DNA of 64,000 nucleotides from an uncultured Chloroflexia bacterium (GTDB lineage Bacteria; Chloroflexota; Chloroflexia; Thermomicrobiales; UBA6265): positions 64,001 to 128,000 of the forward strand of contig CAVRUC010000001.1 in NCBI GenBank assembly GCA_963724295.1, given 5' to 3'. This document shows, piece after piece, positions 38,317-48,685 of the stretch. How positions within the stretch are numbered: position 1 is the first letter of the stretch; every line of letters starts with the position of its first letter. The position numbers and the translations under genes are program-made. The notes under the pieces were generated by a model. The model saw nothing but the letters and a program-made list of their open reading frames with translations, was not told the origin of the DNA and made no database searches.

Positions 38317-40047
38317 TCAGCGGACCCCGAGGACCGTCCAGGGATTTGGCACCGCACCGATGGGAACGGCGATCAGTGTCGGCTCATTGGCGCGAATCGA
38401 CTCTCCGACAGTCGTTCATAGCTTTTCAGGCGTGTCGGCGTGCCGCCCGGTGACTCCAAACGCCTCGGCGAGCTTGAGGAAGTTCGGATTCAGCAAGTCG
38501 GAGGCGATCGTGCGACCCCCAAACTGCTCTTGCTGGATCCGCCGCACGTTCCCGAAGGCGTCGTCCGTGAAGACGATGGTGATCGCCGCGATCCCGTGCA
38601 TGGCCATGGTCGCCAGCTCGTTCAGGCAAAACCCGAAGCCGCCGTCACCATTGATCGAAACCACCGGCCGGTCCGGATGCGCGACTTTTGCTCCCAGAGA
38701 GGTCGGGAAGCCGTATCCAAGCGTGCCCTGGTATCCCGGGGTGACATACGTCAGCGGCTCGTAAACGGGAAGTGCGAAGTTCGACCAGTAGCCAACCTGG
38801 GTCATCTCGGATACGAAGATGCCGTCATCGGGCAGCGCCTCGCGGATGGCGAGCGCGTACTCGGCCTGCGGTCCGACGGCACGCGCCCGCGCGGCCACAC
38901 CGCGCTTCAGCTCTTCCAGTTCCGCGGCGCGATCTGGCCGCGCCGCGCCCCCGCGCTCCAGGAGATCGGCCAGGGCCGCGAGCCCCGCTTTGGCGTCAGC
39001 CTCGATGCCGACGTTGACCGGCGTATTTCGCGCGATCTCTTCGGGGTCGATGTCCATCTGGATGATGGTCTGACCGGGCCTGACGCCCCACTTGGCCGTC
39101 GCCGGGTCGACGAAGCGGGTACCGACCGCGAAGATGACGTCGGCCTCGCGCAGGAGCTCTATACCGCCCAGAATGTTTTGCGCCAGCGGATCTCTGTCGG
39201 AAACGGCGCCTTTCCCGTTGGCCGTCATGACGACCGGCGCTTGTAAACGCGCCGCCAAACGGCGCAGCTCGTCCCAGGCACCGCTTCGCAGCACCCCGCC
39301 ACCAGACCAGACCAAAGGTCGCCGCGCGTTATCGAGAAGGCGTGACGCTCGCTCCAGTGATTCCGGATCCCCGGCGAACCGCTCGGGTGCTTCCGCCGGC
39401 GGGAGCAACTCGATCTCCGCGGCCGCGAATAGCGTGTCGGGTGGGATCTCGATTTCGACCGGGCGCTGCCGGCCGCGCTTGACCTCCGCGAATGCTCGTT
39501 GCACCAGGCCCGGGATCTCCGGTGGCGTCGTTGCGCGTTCGGCTTGCTTCGTCACCGAGCGAATCATGCCGAGTTGATTGGGTATTTCATGGAGAAGCCC
39601 GCGGCCGAACTCAATGAGATCCGACTGGATCTGCCCCGTCACACAGACCACCGGGGAATTGCAGGCGTACGCGGTCGAGAGCGCGGCCGTGGCATTGAGC
39701 AGTCCGGGGCCCGGTACGACCATGCATACGCCGACCTTGCCGGTCGTGCGCGCGTAGCCATCGGCCATGTATGCCGCGGCCTGCTCATGGCGCGGGTGAA
39801 TGACGCGAATCGCGTCCCGCTGCTCGTAGAGGGCGTCAAACGCTCCATCAAGCTGGACACCCGGCAGCGCAAAAATCGTGTCGACGTCATTGGCAATGAG
39901 TGAAGCGACCAGTGCCTGACCTCCGGTCTGCTCTCGCGTCGGCGTCTCGGTCGCTATCTGGTTGTCGGTCGCATTCCGCTCACGCGTTTCGATCAACGGT
40001 CGATCCTTCCCAAAAACCGCCTCCCAGGACGGCACAGTTCGCGGCAC
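38317..40047 (-). CDS. Thiamine pyrophosphate-dependent enzyme (ALS-like) with an in-frame TGA at 38416-38418
   Basis: FALPG, RHEQAAAYMADGYAR, PGPG, GTLGYG, GDGGF; frame continues TTVGESIRANEPTLIAVPIG...PW to 38317; start uncertain. Confidence 0.88.
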
Positions 40048-40290
40048 TCTCCTACTTCCGGAATTGTAGTCTGCAGACCTCGATTGACTGTGACACCGCT
40101 CCCTCTAGACCTAATGCTTCCCTTTCGTTAGTATTGGAGCAGCCGCGCTGATCGATGGCGGTTCGGCGTTCCGGACGTGTGCCAGCTCGGTGGTACACTA
40201 CGCCAACGCTGGACCAGACCTCGCCGTGGATTTCCGTCGGCCTGACCGACAGACGGGGTTTCGCATTTCGTCGTGCAGGGGTTCGAACGC

Positions 40291-42288
40291 ATGGATGCGC
40301 TTTTGCTCGCGGCTCGCCTGATCCTGGCCGCGGTGTTCGTGGTATCGGGAGTCTCGAAGCTCTTCGATCTATCGGGGTCGCAGAGCGCCATGCGATCGTT
40401 CGGTGTTCCGGAACGGTTTACCCGGGCCGGGGGGATCGCGCTCCCGATTGTCGAGATCCTCATCGCCGTGCTCCTGATCCCCGCCGCCACGGCGCCTTGG
40501 GGAGCGCTGCTGGCATTGATCCTGTTGGTGGTTTTCGTCGCCGGCATCAGCTACAGCCTGTCCCGCGGCCGCAAATTCGATTGCCACTGTTTCGGACAAC
40601 TGACGACGTCCGAGATCGGTCCGCCGACACTGATCCGGAACGCCGCGCTGGCGGTGCTCGCGGCCTTCGTCACGATCTCCGGCTTTGTCTACGACAATCC
40701 CGGGCCGGCCCTGACTGAGGTGTTCGCGGACCTTGGCGCCTTCGAATGGGTCATGCTCGCCATCGTGGTCATCCTGCTTGCCGCATTGGCCGCTGTCGGT
40801 TGGCTACTCGTCCATCTCCTCGGTCAAAACGGGCGTTTGCTCGTCCGGCTCGACCGGATCGAGGCCGCACTCGAAGAGGCCGACATCGAGATCGCGGGTG
40901 ATGACGATGAAGACGAGGATGAGGAAGAAGAGGGTCTCGCCTTCGGAGCTCCCGCGCCCGCGTTCAGCCTGTCCGGTCTCTATGGGGAGACGATGACGCT
41001 GGACTCCTTGCGCGCGGCCGAGAAGCCGGTGCTCTTGATATTTACCGATCCCGGTTGCGGCCCTTGCAACGCGATGATGGGTGACGTCGGCAAGTGGCAA
41101 CGCGATCTCACCGAAAAGCTCACCATTGCCGTCATCTCGCGCGGGTCGCTGGAGGACAACCGGACCAAGGCAAAGCAGCACAACCTGGCTCGAGTCCTCA
41201 TGCAAAAGGACAACGAAGTAGCCGATGCGTATCAGACCTTTGGGACGCCGACGGCGGTCCTGGTGCGGCCAGACGGGACGATTGGTAGCGCGCCGGCGGG
41301 AGGCGCCGATGCAATTCGTACCCTCGTGAAGCAGGCCGCCGAAGGCAAGGTGCCCGTGCCCAAACCGCGACTCGCCGCACTGCCCCGGCCTGTCAAGGCC
41401 CAACGGCCCGCGGCCAACGCTCAGGCCCCGCGGGGAATCGCCAGCATTGGTAAGGACGCGCCGATTGTCGAGCTGAACAACCTGGACGGCGAAACGGTGA
41501 AGCTGGCTGACTTCGCCGGCCACCCCACGGCAGTGCTGTTCTGGAACCCGGGCTGTGGCTTCTGCCAGCGCATGCTCGACGACCTCAAGGCCTGGGAGTC
41601 TGAAAGGTCCGAAGACGCACCGAAACTCCTGGTGGTCTCCACTGGCGAGGTCGAGCGGAACCGTGAGCTCGGGTTGTCGTCGCCGGTCGTTCTCGATTCC
41701 GGGTTCAATGTCGGACGCGCGTTCGGCGCCAGTGGCACTCCCTCGGCGGTGCTCGTTGGGGCCGATGGCAAGATCGCTTCCGGTCTCGCCGTGGGTGGAC
41801 CAACGGTGATCTCGCTCCTCAACAACGAAGCACCGAACCTCCTCGATGCCTCCGCTGCTGGCGCTGATGAGCCGGATGCGCCTGCCGCGCCACGCGGGAT
41901 TCCAGTTGGCGGCAAAGCGCCGAAGGTGCAGTTGCCGGACCTCGAGGGAAAGGAAGTCAATCTCGACGAGATCCGCAATGGCCGAACGGCGCTCCTCTTC
42001 TGGAATCCGGGCTGTGGGTTCTGCCAGCGACTCGTCGAAGACATCAAGAGCTGGGAGAAAGACCGGCCCGAGAGCGCGCCGCAGCTCGTACTCGTCTCGA
42101 CCGGCGCCCCGGAAGCGAACCGGGAGCATGGCTTCGAGTCGACGATACTGCTGGATCAGGGATTCCGCACCGGCGAAGCGTTCGGCGCCTCGGGAACGCC
42201 GTCCGCGATTCTGATCGACGCCGACGGCAACGTCGCCTCCGGTCTCTCGGTCGGCGGTCCCGACGTGATGAACCTGCTTCGATCCTGA
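40291..42288 (+). CDS. MauE/DoxX membrane domain plus three thioredoxin-like (AhpC/TSA) domains
   Basis: SGVSKL, DCHCFG...IRN; PGCGPC, PGCGFC, PGCGFC each followed by GTP. Confidence 0.88.
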   Translation: MDALLLAARLILAAVFVVSGVSKLFDLSGSQSAMRSFGVPERFTRAGGIALPIVEILIAVLLIPAATAPWGALLALILLVVFVAGISYSLSRGRKFDCHCFGQLTTSEIGPPTLIRNAALAVLAAFVTISGFVYDNPGPALTEVFADLGAFEWVMLAIVVILLAALAAVGWLLVHLLGQNGRLLVRLDRIEAALEEADIEIAGDDDEDEDEEEEGLAFGAPAPAFSLSGLYGETMTLDSLRAAEKPVLLIFTDPGCGPCNAMMGDVGKWQRDLTEKLTIAVISRGSLEDNRTKAKQHNLARVLMQKDNEVADAYQTFGTPTAVLVRPDGTIGSAPAGGADAIRTLVKQAAEGKVPVPKPRLAALPRPVKAQRPAANAQAPRGIASIGKDAPIVELNNLDGETVKLADFAGHPTAVLFWNPGCGFCQRMLDDLKAWESERSEDAPKLLVVSTGEVERNRELGLSSPVVLDSGFNVGRAFGASGTPSAVLVGADGKIASGLAVGGPTVISLLNNEAPNLLDASAAGADEPDAPAAPRGIPVGGKAPKVQLPDLEGKEVNLDEIRNGRTALLFWNPGCGFCQRLVEDIKSWEKDRPESAPQLVLVSTGAPEANREHGFESTILLDQGFRTGEAFGASGTPSAILIDADGNVASGLSVGGPDVMNLLRS

Positions 42289-42310
42289 TCACCGGAGTGC
42301 GGAAATAGAA

Positions 42311-42341
42311 AAACGGGGCGGCCAATCCGGCCGCCCCGTTT
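42311..42341. terminator. Bidirectional terminator
   Basis: AAACGGGGCGGCC-AATCC-GGCCGCCCCGTTT between convergent genes. Confidence 0.85.
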
Positions 42342-42355
42342 CCGTTCCGCGAGTG

Positions 42356-42694
42356 CTAGTGACCCAGTCTGCTTTCCGATGGGGGGTGCGGACACGGCTC
42401 GACGTGCCAGATGACTTCCGCGCCAGCGGCGAGGCTGACCTCGGCAAGAAAGTCCGCCAGCCGGTCTCGAGGCACGAAATAGCTATTTTCGTGCGCATGT
42501 AACGCCTCGGATTCGAGGCGGGTTACCACGCGGTAAAACGCAGGAAGCCGCGACCGCTCCTCTGCTGCGGGTCCCACGTGGCGATAGTGATAGCGCGACC
42601 CCCGGGATGCGCTAACCCAATCGACCTCCGCCCAGCCGCTGCCGTCGGGGTTATCGGGTACCCAGAATCGGTCGTCAGCGCCCGAGGTGGCCAT
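42356..42694 (-). CDS. Hypothetical protein
   Basis: ATG overlaps the upstream stop (TAATG); ends just before the terminator. Confidence 0.65.
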   Translation of the reverse strand: MATSGADDRFWVPDNPDGSGWAEVDWVSASRGSRYHYRHVGPAAEERSRLPAFYRVVTRLESEALHAHENSYFVPRDRLADFLAEVSLAAGAEVIWHVEPCPHPPSESRLGH

Positions 42695-43266
42695 TAGTCC
42701 GGGTCCCGCAACTGCTGGTCGATCAGGATCTCGGACTGCTTCACGATCAGGTCAACGACTTTTTCAAAGGTGTAGTCGCGATTGCGGCCACCCCGCTCCC
42801 GCACGTGTAGCTCGAGGTCCGGGTGAAGCATGACCCGTCGCCAGCGGTCCTCCGGAGGCGCCGTCTCGACTTCGAGCATGGCGGCGAGCTCCGCATCGCG
42901 CATGTCGTGAAGGCGCTGCCGGATCTGCTCCAGCGGGGTGTTGTCCTTCTTGAGCAAACCGATCGCTTTGAGTCTGAGCAGATGCGTTGGGCTGTAGGTG
43001 GCGCCGACACCGCGGCCACGGGCGGCGGGCAGCAGCCCCTCGGTGATGTAGTAACGAATCGTGCGTGCCGAGAGCCCGGTTTGCTCCTCGAGATCGGCCA
43101 TTGTGTAGCGATACGGATCCGCCGACTTGGTCCCGATCGCGGCGCTCCCCACGGGTAGCGAGCCGCCCCGCGGCCGCGACGCATTCGACACGCGTGAGCG
43201 CGACTGCGGCGCTCGTTGCCACCCATCGCCGGGTCGTCCGTCTCGATCGTCGCTTCCCGGCCCCAT
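42694..43266 (-). CDS. MerR-family HTH regulator
   Basis: YTMADLEEQTGLSARTIRYYITEGLLP...Y...HLLRL; true start may be downstream. Confidence 0.85.
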   Translation of the reverse strand: MGPGSDDRDGRPGDGWQRAPQSRSRVSNASRPRGGSLPVGSAAIGTKSADPYRYTMADLEEQTGLSARTIRYYITEGLLPAARGRGVGATYSPTHLLRLKAIGLLKKDNTPLEQIRQRLHDMRDAELAAMLEVETAPPEDRWRRVMLHPDLELHVRERGGRNRDYTFEKVVDLIVKQSEILIDQQLRDPD

Positions 43267-43419
43267 ACCCCGCCCCGCAACCGTACTTCTGGGTCACCCA
43301 GAACTCGTGGATGATGACAGTTCCGCTGTCACTATCAGTGTAGCTCAGGTTGGATACGTGCGGCGGCGCAGTACCATTCGGATTAATGACCGGGCCCGAT
43401 ACCGCGGCCGATCGACGGA

Positions 43420-43635
43420 GTGATAAGTGGCGTGGGCCTCCAGGCGTTGATCTATTTTGGCGTGGCCGGAGGTTCGCTGGCCCTGGCCCTTTCGCTGCTC
43501 TACGCGCGGTACGTGCGCCACGATCCCCAGGCCGTCCGCTCCCGCGGCGGTTTCACGCTCTTTGCGGTCTTCCTGCTCCTGTTTGCGGTGGGAGCCGCTG
43601 CCGCTGGTCTGGTTTCCGCCCAGGCCGGCCGCTAG
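43420..43635 (+). CDS. Small two-TM membrane protein
   Basis: Two hydrophobic helices; directly precedes the BtpA-family gene. Confidence 0.55.
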   Translation: MISGVGLQALIYFGVAGGSLALALSLLYARYVRHDPQAVRSRGGFTLFAVFLLLFAVGAAAAGLVSAQAGR

Positions 43636-43667
43636 TGGAAAGCCAGGTCGACGCAGGAGCCGCGGTG

Positions 43668-44453
43668 ATGTTCCGTATCGTCGGCGTGATCCACCTTCCT
43701 CCGCTTCCTGGTTCGGCGCGGGGGCCTTCCGCGCGCCAGATGGCGGCGATTCTGGATGTGGTGCGCCGGGACGCCGCGGCCTGGACCAGCGGAGGCGCAA
43801 ACGCGCTGATCGTCGAAAACTTCGGCGACGTGCCGTTCCACAAGGGAGCTGTCGGCCCGGAAACGATCTCCGCCATGACCCTGGCCGTCTCGCTTGCGGG
43901 CGCCGAGAGCGGACTCCCGGTGGGCGTCAATGTGCTTCGCAACGACGTGGAAGCGGCAGTCGCCATTGCGGCGCTCACCGGCGGCCGATTTGTCCGCGCC
44001 AATGTCTATGCCGGGGCGGCGGTGACCGATCAGGGTCTGATCGAGGGACGGGCCGACGCCGTGCAGGCGCTCATCCGTCGCCTGGACGCTCCGATATCCG
44101 TTTGGGCGGATGTCGATGTCAAACACGCGGCGCCACTGGCCGCGCGGCCGATCAGCGAGCTGGCGGAAGATGCCGTCGAGCGCGGTCTAGCGGCCGCGGT
44201 CATCGTTTCCGGCGCGGGTACCGGGCGCCCCACGGATCCGGCCGACCTGCAGGCGGTGCGGGCTGTCCTACCCGGAACGCCGATCTACGTTGGCAGCGGC
44301 GCGACAGAGGCGACCCTCCCCTCACTTCTGGCGGTTGCCGATGGCGCAATCGTCGGCACGGCGGCAAAGGTCGACGGCATCATCGGCAATCACGTCGATC
44401 CGGACCGCGTCCGAGCACTCGTCGCGGCCGCTCGCGACGTTAGCGGCCGGTAA
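43668..44453 (+). CDS. BtpA/SgcQ family protein
   Basis: GVIHLPPLPGS, ENFGDVPF, GVNVLRND, ADVDVKH, VGSG, DGAIVGT. Confidence 0.92.
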   Translation: MFRIVGVIHLPPLPGSARGPSARQMAAILDVVRRDAAAWTSGGANALIVENFGDVPFHKGAVGPETISAMTLAVSLAGAESGLPVGVNVLRNDVEAAVAIAALTGGRFVRANVYAGAAVTDQGLIEGRADAVQALIRRLDAPISVWADVDVKHAAPLAARPISELAEDAVERGLAAAVIVSGAGTGRPTDPADLQAVRAVLPGTPIYVGSGATEATLPSLLAVADGAIVGTAAKVDGIIGNHVDPDRVRALVAAARDVSGR

Positions 44454-45252
44454 AGCGCGGCGAGCGCCTCTCCGCGAACGCGGCCAGACCTTCTTCGTAG
44501 TCACTCGTGGTGTCGAGTGCGGCTCGGAGCGCATTGACGGCGCGACGCGCATCGTCAAATGACGTACCGTGACTCTGCCGCAAGTCAATGGCGCGCTTTA
44601 CCGCCCGTACGGCCAGGGGCGCGTTTTCCGCGATCGAGTCCGCAAGCCCGGCGGCACTCTCCAGGACCGACTCTGCTGGTACGAGCCGGTCGACCAGTCC
44701 CAACCGGAACGCCTCCTCGGCCGTTAGCCGGCGCCCGGTGAACAGCAGATCGCGCGCTGTGCCATTGCCGACGATGCGCGGCAGTCGCAGCGCGCCGCCC
44801 GCGCCGGGAAAGATGCCGATCTTCACTTCCGGAAACCCGAATGTGGCATCCTCGCCGGCGACCCGGAGATCGCACGCGATGGCAAGTTCGGCGCCTCCCG
44901 CGAGTGCAAAACCGCGCACAGCCGCGATCGTTGGCATCGGCAAGGCTGCCAGCGCTTCGGCGGCTGCTTCGATCGCCGCCGTATGCGCGGTCCGCTCTCC
45001 CGGGGAGAGCGTTCGCCGCTCTTTGAGGTCGGCGCCGGCACAGAAGGCTCGTTCTCCCGCGCCAGTGACGATGACCACCCAGACGTCGTCCCGATCAGCA
45101 AGGGCAGTGCACGTCGCCAGCAGCTCCGCCGCGAGTTGACGGCTAATGGCATTGAGCGCCTCTGGGCGGTTCAGAGTCAGCGTGGCGACGTGACTTTCGC
45201 CGTCAACCGCCAGCTGCACGGATGGCGAAAGCGCTCCATCTGCTCGGGTCAC
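44440..45252 (-). CDS. Enoyl-CoA hydratase/isomerase family
   Basis: LNRPEALNA, FCAGADL, GGAELAIACD, FPEVKIG. Confidence 0.92.
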   Translation of the reverse strand: MTRADGALSPSVQLAVDGESHVATLTLNRPEALNAISRQLAAELLATCTALADRDDVWVVIVTGAGERAFCAGADLKERRTLSPGERTAHTAAIEAAAEALAALPMPTIAAVRGFALAGGAELAIACDLRVAGEDATFGFPEVKIGIFPGAGGALRLPRIVGNGTARDLLFTGRRLTAEEAFRLGLVDRLVPAESVLESAAGLADSIAENAPLAVRAVKRAIDLRQSHGTSFDDARRAVNALRAALDTTSDYEEGLAAFAERRSPRFTGR

Positions 45253-45349
45253 GACCGTTTCCCCTCATGCAATCTCGATTCGTCTGGGACGCAGTTTGCC
45301 ATCTCGGCGTCGGTGGCCGTAGGATCGCGCCCCTTGGACGGGCGCCGCG

Positions 45350-46561
45350 ATGGCGAGTGAAACGACCAGTCTGGTGACAGAGAAGCCCGGCGCGACCGGC
45401 ATCGACCCATTTGCGGATCCTCCGCAGATCCTGAGACTGCGGCGAGAGGTCCATGCGCTCTGCATGCGATTCCCGGATGCTTATTGGCGCGATCTCGATC
45501 AACAACGAGCCTATCCGGAGGCGTTCGTGCAGGCGCTGACAGACGCCGGCTGGCTGGCCGCACTCATTCCAGCGCGCTACGGCGGGCTGGGGTACGGCCT
45601 TCAAGAAGCTGCTGCCATCCTGCAAGAGATCAACCAGAGCGGCGGCTACGCCGGTCCCGCCCACGCGCAGATGTACGTGATGGGGACCTTGCTTCGCCAC
45701 GGCTCGGAAGAGCAAAAAGCACGCTACTTGCCGGCGCTGGCGGACGGAACGCTACGCCTGCAGGCCTTCGCGGTCACGGAGCCACGGGCAGGAACGGATA
45801 CGACCCGCATCGAGACCGTCGCCACTCGCGATGGCGACGACTACGTCATCACCGGTCGCAAGATGTTTATCTCCCGAGTTCAGCACTCGGATCTGATGGT
45901 CTTGCTGGCACGCACGTCGCCTCGGGACGATGCTCGTCCCACCGCCGGTCTCAGCCTCTTCCTGATCGACCTGAGGCAGGCCGGCGACCACATCAGTTTG
46001 CGCCGGCTGCCAATGATGATGAACAACGAGACTAACGAGGTGACGATCGAGGGGTTGCGGGTTTCCGGGGATGCGATCATCGGGACCGAAGGCATGGGGT
46101 TCCGGCACATCCTCGATGGCTGGAACGCGGAGCGGATCCTCATCGCCGCCGAATGCGTGGGCGACGGTCGCTGGTTCATCGAGCGGGCGTCAGGGCACGC
46201 GAAGACGCGCGAGGTCTTCGGCCGGCCCATCGGTGCCAACCAGGGCATTCAGTTTCCTCTGGCCATGGCGTGGGCGCAGGTCGAGGCCGCCGATCTGGTG
46301 GCGCGCCGCGCGGCGGCTCGATTCGACGCCCATCTCCCTTGCGGCGCCGAGGCGAACACCGCCAAGCTGCTGGCCTCGGAGGCGAGCTGGGCGGCCGCCA
46401 ACGCCGCCGTCGATACCCTCGGCGGGCACGGGTTCAACGCCGAACGCGATGTCGAGCGGAAGTTCCGCGAGACGCGGCTCTACCGGGTCGCCCCGGTCTC
46501 AAACAATCTGGTGCTGAGCTATCTGGCCCAGCATATCCTGGGTTTGCCGCGGTCGTATTGA
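45350..46561 (+). CDS. Acyl-CoA dehydrogenase family
   Basis: FAVTEPRAGTD, GRKMFIS, NAERI, FGRPIGANQ, GGHGF. Confidence 0.93.
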   Translation: MASETTSLVTEKPGATGIDPFADPPQILRLRREVHALCMRFPDAYWRDLDQQRAYPEAFVQALTDAGWLAALIPARYGGLGYGLQEAAAILQEINQSGGYAGPAHAQMYVMGTLLRHGSEEQKARYLPALADGTLRLQAFAVTEPRAGTDTTRIETVATRDGDDYVITGRKMFISRVQHSDLMVLLARTSPRDDARPTAGLSLFLIDLRQAGDHISLRRLPMMMNNETNEVTIEGLRVSGDAIIGTEGMGFRHILDGWNAERILIAAECVGDGRWFIERASGHAKTREVFGRPIGANQGIQFPLAMAWAQVEAADLVARRAAARFDAHLPCGAEANTAKLLASEASWAAANAAVDTLGGHGFNAERDVERKFRETRLYRVAPVSNNLVLSYLAQHILGLPRSY

Positions 46562-46569
46562 CCGAGCAA

Positions 46570-47442
46570 CTACCCCTGCCGGGCCCGTCCGGCGGCCTCC
46601 ATGATGGCGCGCCGGGTGAGGCCGCGCGTGACCCGGCGCCGGTATTCGGCAGAGCCATGAAGATCGTCCAGGAAGTCGACCCCGCCATCGACCAGATCGG
46701 CCGCAGCCGCGACGGCGCCATCGTCCAGCCGCTGACCGCGCAGCGCCGCCTCCGTTGCCTCGGCACGCCAGGCGACCGCCGCGGCTCCCGTGACCCCGAT
46801 GCGAACGTCGGCGATCGCGCCCTGGCCGCCGAGGACGACCACGGCGCCGACACCGACGATGGCGTATCCCGACGCCTGGTTCGCCAGTTTCTGGTAGCTC
46901 CAGCCGTGCCCTTCTGCCGGAACCGAAATGCGGACTTCGGTGAGAATCTCGTCCGGCTGCAACGCGGTCGTCAGGAAATCGATAAAGAACTTCCGCCCCG
47001 GAATTTGCCGCTCACCCTGGCTCCCCCTGGCGACAATCGATGCGTCGAGAGCGAGGATCGCTGCAGGATAGTCAGCGGCCGCATCGGCGTGTGCAAGCGC
47101 GCCGCCGATCGTTCCCCGGTTGCGAACCTGCCGGTCGCCAACGCGCGATGCCGTGTCCGCGAGCAGCGGCACCGCGGATCGAATCTGGTCATCGGTCGCG
47201 ATCTGATGATGGGTCGTCAAAGGGCCGATCGCGATTTCGCCATCGGCACGGCGCACCCCGCGCAACTCGGCTATGCGCCCGATGTCGACCAGCGTTTCCG
47301 GCTCCGCCAGACGCAGCTTCATGATGGGAAGCAGGCTGTGGCCACCTGCTATCAGCTTGGCGCCCTCCCCATGCTCCTCTAACAGGGCAATCGCTTCCTC
47401 GACACTTTCGGCGCGTTGGTAGGCAAACTGTGAAGGGTTCAT
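46570..47442 (-). CDS. Xanthine/CO dehydrogenase family FAD-binding medium subunit (CoxM/CutM-like)
   Basis: AGGHSLLPIMKLRL, QVRNRGTIGG, AD. Confidence 0.92.
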   Translation of the reverse strand: MNPSQFAYQRAESVEEAIALLEEHGEGAKLIAGGHSLLPIMKLRLAEPETLVDIGRIAELRGVRRADGEIAIGPLTTHHQIATDDQIRSAVPLLADTASRVGDRQVRNRGTIGGALAHADAAADYPAAILALDASIVARGSQGERQIPGRKFFIDFLTTALQPDEILTEVRISVPAEGHGWSYQKLANQASGYAIVGVGAVVVLGGQGAIADVRIGVTGAAAVAWRAEATEAALRGQRLDDGAVAAAADLVDGGVDFLDDLHGSAEYRRRVTRGLTRRAIMEAAGRARQG

Positions 47443-47446
47443 CGCA

Positions 47447-47965
47447 CTACCTCGCCTGGGCCGGGTCGCGACTCAGCAGGGGTTCGGGGGTCGCTCCCGC
47501 GGCCAGGGACTTCGCTGCCGTCTGCACCGAGCGCACGATGTTGTGATAACCAGTGCAGCGGCAGATGTTCCCCTCCAATCCGTGCCGGATCGATTCCTCG
47601 CTGGGATCGGGATCGTCCGCGAGAAGCGCGACGGTGGAGAGCACCATCCCCGGGGTGCAGAACCCGCACTGCAGACCATGCTCGTTCCAATAGGCAAGCT
47701 GCACCGGGTGCAATGTCCCAACCGGAGCGAGTCCTTCGATCGTCGTCACCGAGGCGCCGTCGGCCTGGACCGCGAGGATCGTGCAGCTCTTGACCGCCTG
47801 GCCATCCATGAGCACCGTGCAGGCGCCACACTGACTCGTCTCGCAACCAATGTGCGCCCCGGTCAGCGCCAGTTCATTTCGGAGATAGTGCACCAGGAGC
47901 GTCCTGGGCTCGACTTCGGCCCGGCGCTCGACGCCGTTGACCGTCAACGTGATCGGCACGCGCAC
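47447..47965 (-). CDS. [2Fe-2S] small subunit (CoxS/CutS-like)
   Basis: [11 protein letters not shown]...[20 protein letters not shown]. Confidence 0.94.
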   Translation of the reverse strand: MRVPITLTVNGVERRAEVEPRTLLVHYLRNELALTGAHIGCETSQCGACTVLMDGQAVKSCTILAVQADGASVTTIEGLAPVGTLHPVQLAYWNEHGLQCGFCTPGMVLSTVALLADDPDPSEESIRHGLEGNICRCTGYHNIVRSVQTAAKSLAAGATPEPLLSRDPAQAR

Positions 47966-47986
47966 GCGTTACCCCCCGAGTATGAC

Positions 47987-48051
47987 GTCGGTCAGTCGGC
48001 ACGTCGGAACGTAGAGCGTCGTCTACTCACCGACTGACCGACTAACTGACT
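47987..48051. repeat. GTCGGTCA-based palindromic intergenic repeat
   Basis: GTCGGTCAGTCGG ... CCGACTGACCGAC inverted arms. Confidence 0.75.
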
Positions 48052-48476
48052 TTCTGTTCCAGACAGGTGAAAAACTGACCGACGATCATCTTTGCCGCGG
48101 GCTGCATCACGCGGCCGCCGACACGGGCCAGGGTGCCGCGCACGTTGGCGTTGCCCGCCCAGTTCACCAGCGTCCCCTCGCCGTCCACCGCAAGATCGAT
48201 CTTGGCGTCGCCGGAAATCTGACCTGCCGGACCCTTCCCTTCGACAGCCATGCGGTACGAGTTTGGTTCGTCCTTTTCGACGATCTTGACACGCCCCTGG
48301 TAGGTGCCACGAATCGCCGCCACGCCGATCTTCATGCGGGCCTCGTACTCTTCGGGACCCACTTCCACCAAATCCTCGGCGCCGGGAAGACACTGTTGCA
48401 AAATCTTTGGATCGAGCAAGAGTTCCCACACGCGCTCACGCGGCGCTGAGAAGCGGTGCTGCCCGCTGATTTCCAT
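48042..48476 (-). CDS. coxG: CoxG / SRPBCC family protein
   Basis: APRERVWELLLDP..LQQCLPG, G.LARVGGR...FF. Confidence 0.85.
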   Translation of the reverse strand: MEISGQHRFSAPRERVWELLLDPKILQQCLPGAEDLVEVGPEEYEARMKIGVAAIRGTYQGRVKIVEKDEPNSYRMAVEGKGPAGQISGDAKIDLAVDGEGTLVNWAGNANVRGTLARVGGRVMQPAAKMIVGQFFTCLEQKVS

Positions 48477-48685
48477 GTGCGCGAAGCTCCTCGTTTGGCG
48501 CGGCCAGACCGCGTCGTTCCGATCACCCGTTGATACGACGGTGTCGGAAACAGTCTGGGAGTCTAGCACGCTGCCGTCAGGACCCGGCTTTCGACAGCGG
48601 CTCAGGTTTCCACGATAATCGATTGAACCTACATCCGGGGCCAGGCGAGTCTGTCGGGCCGAATCGACGAGAGGAATGGCCATCC

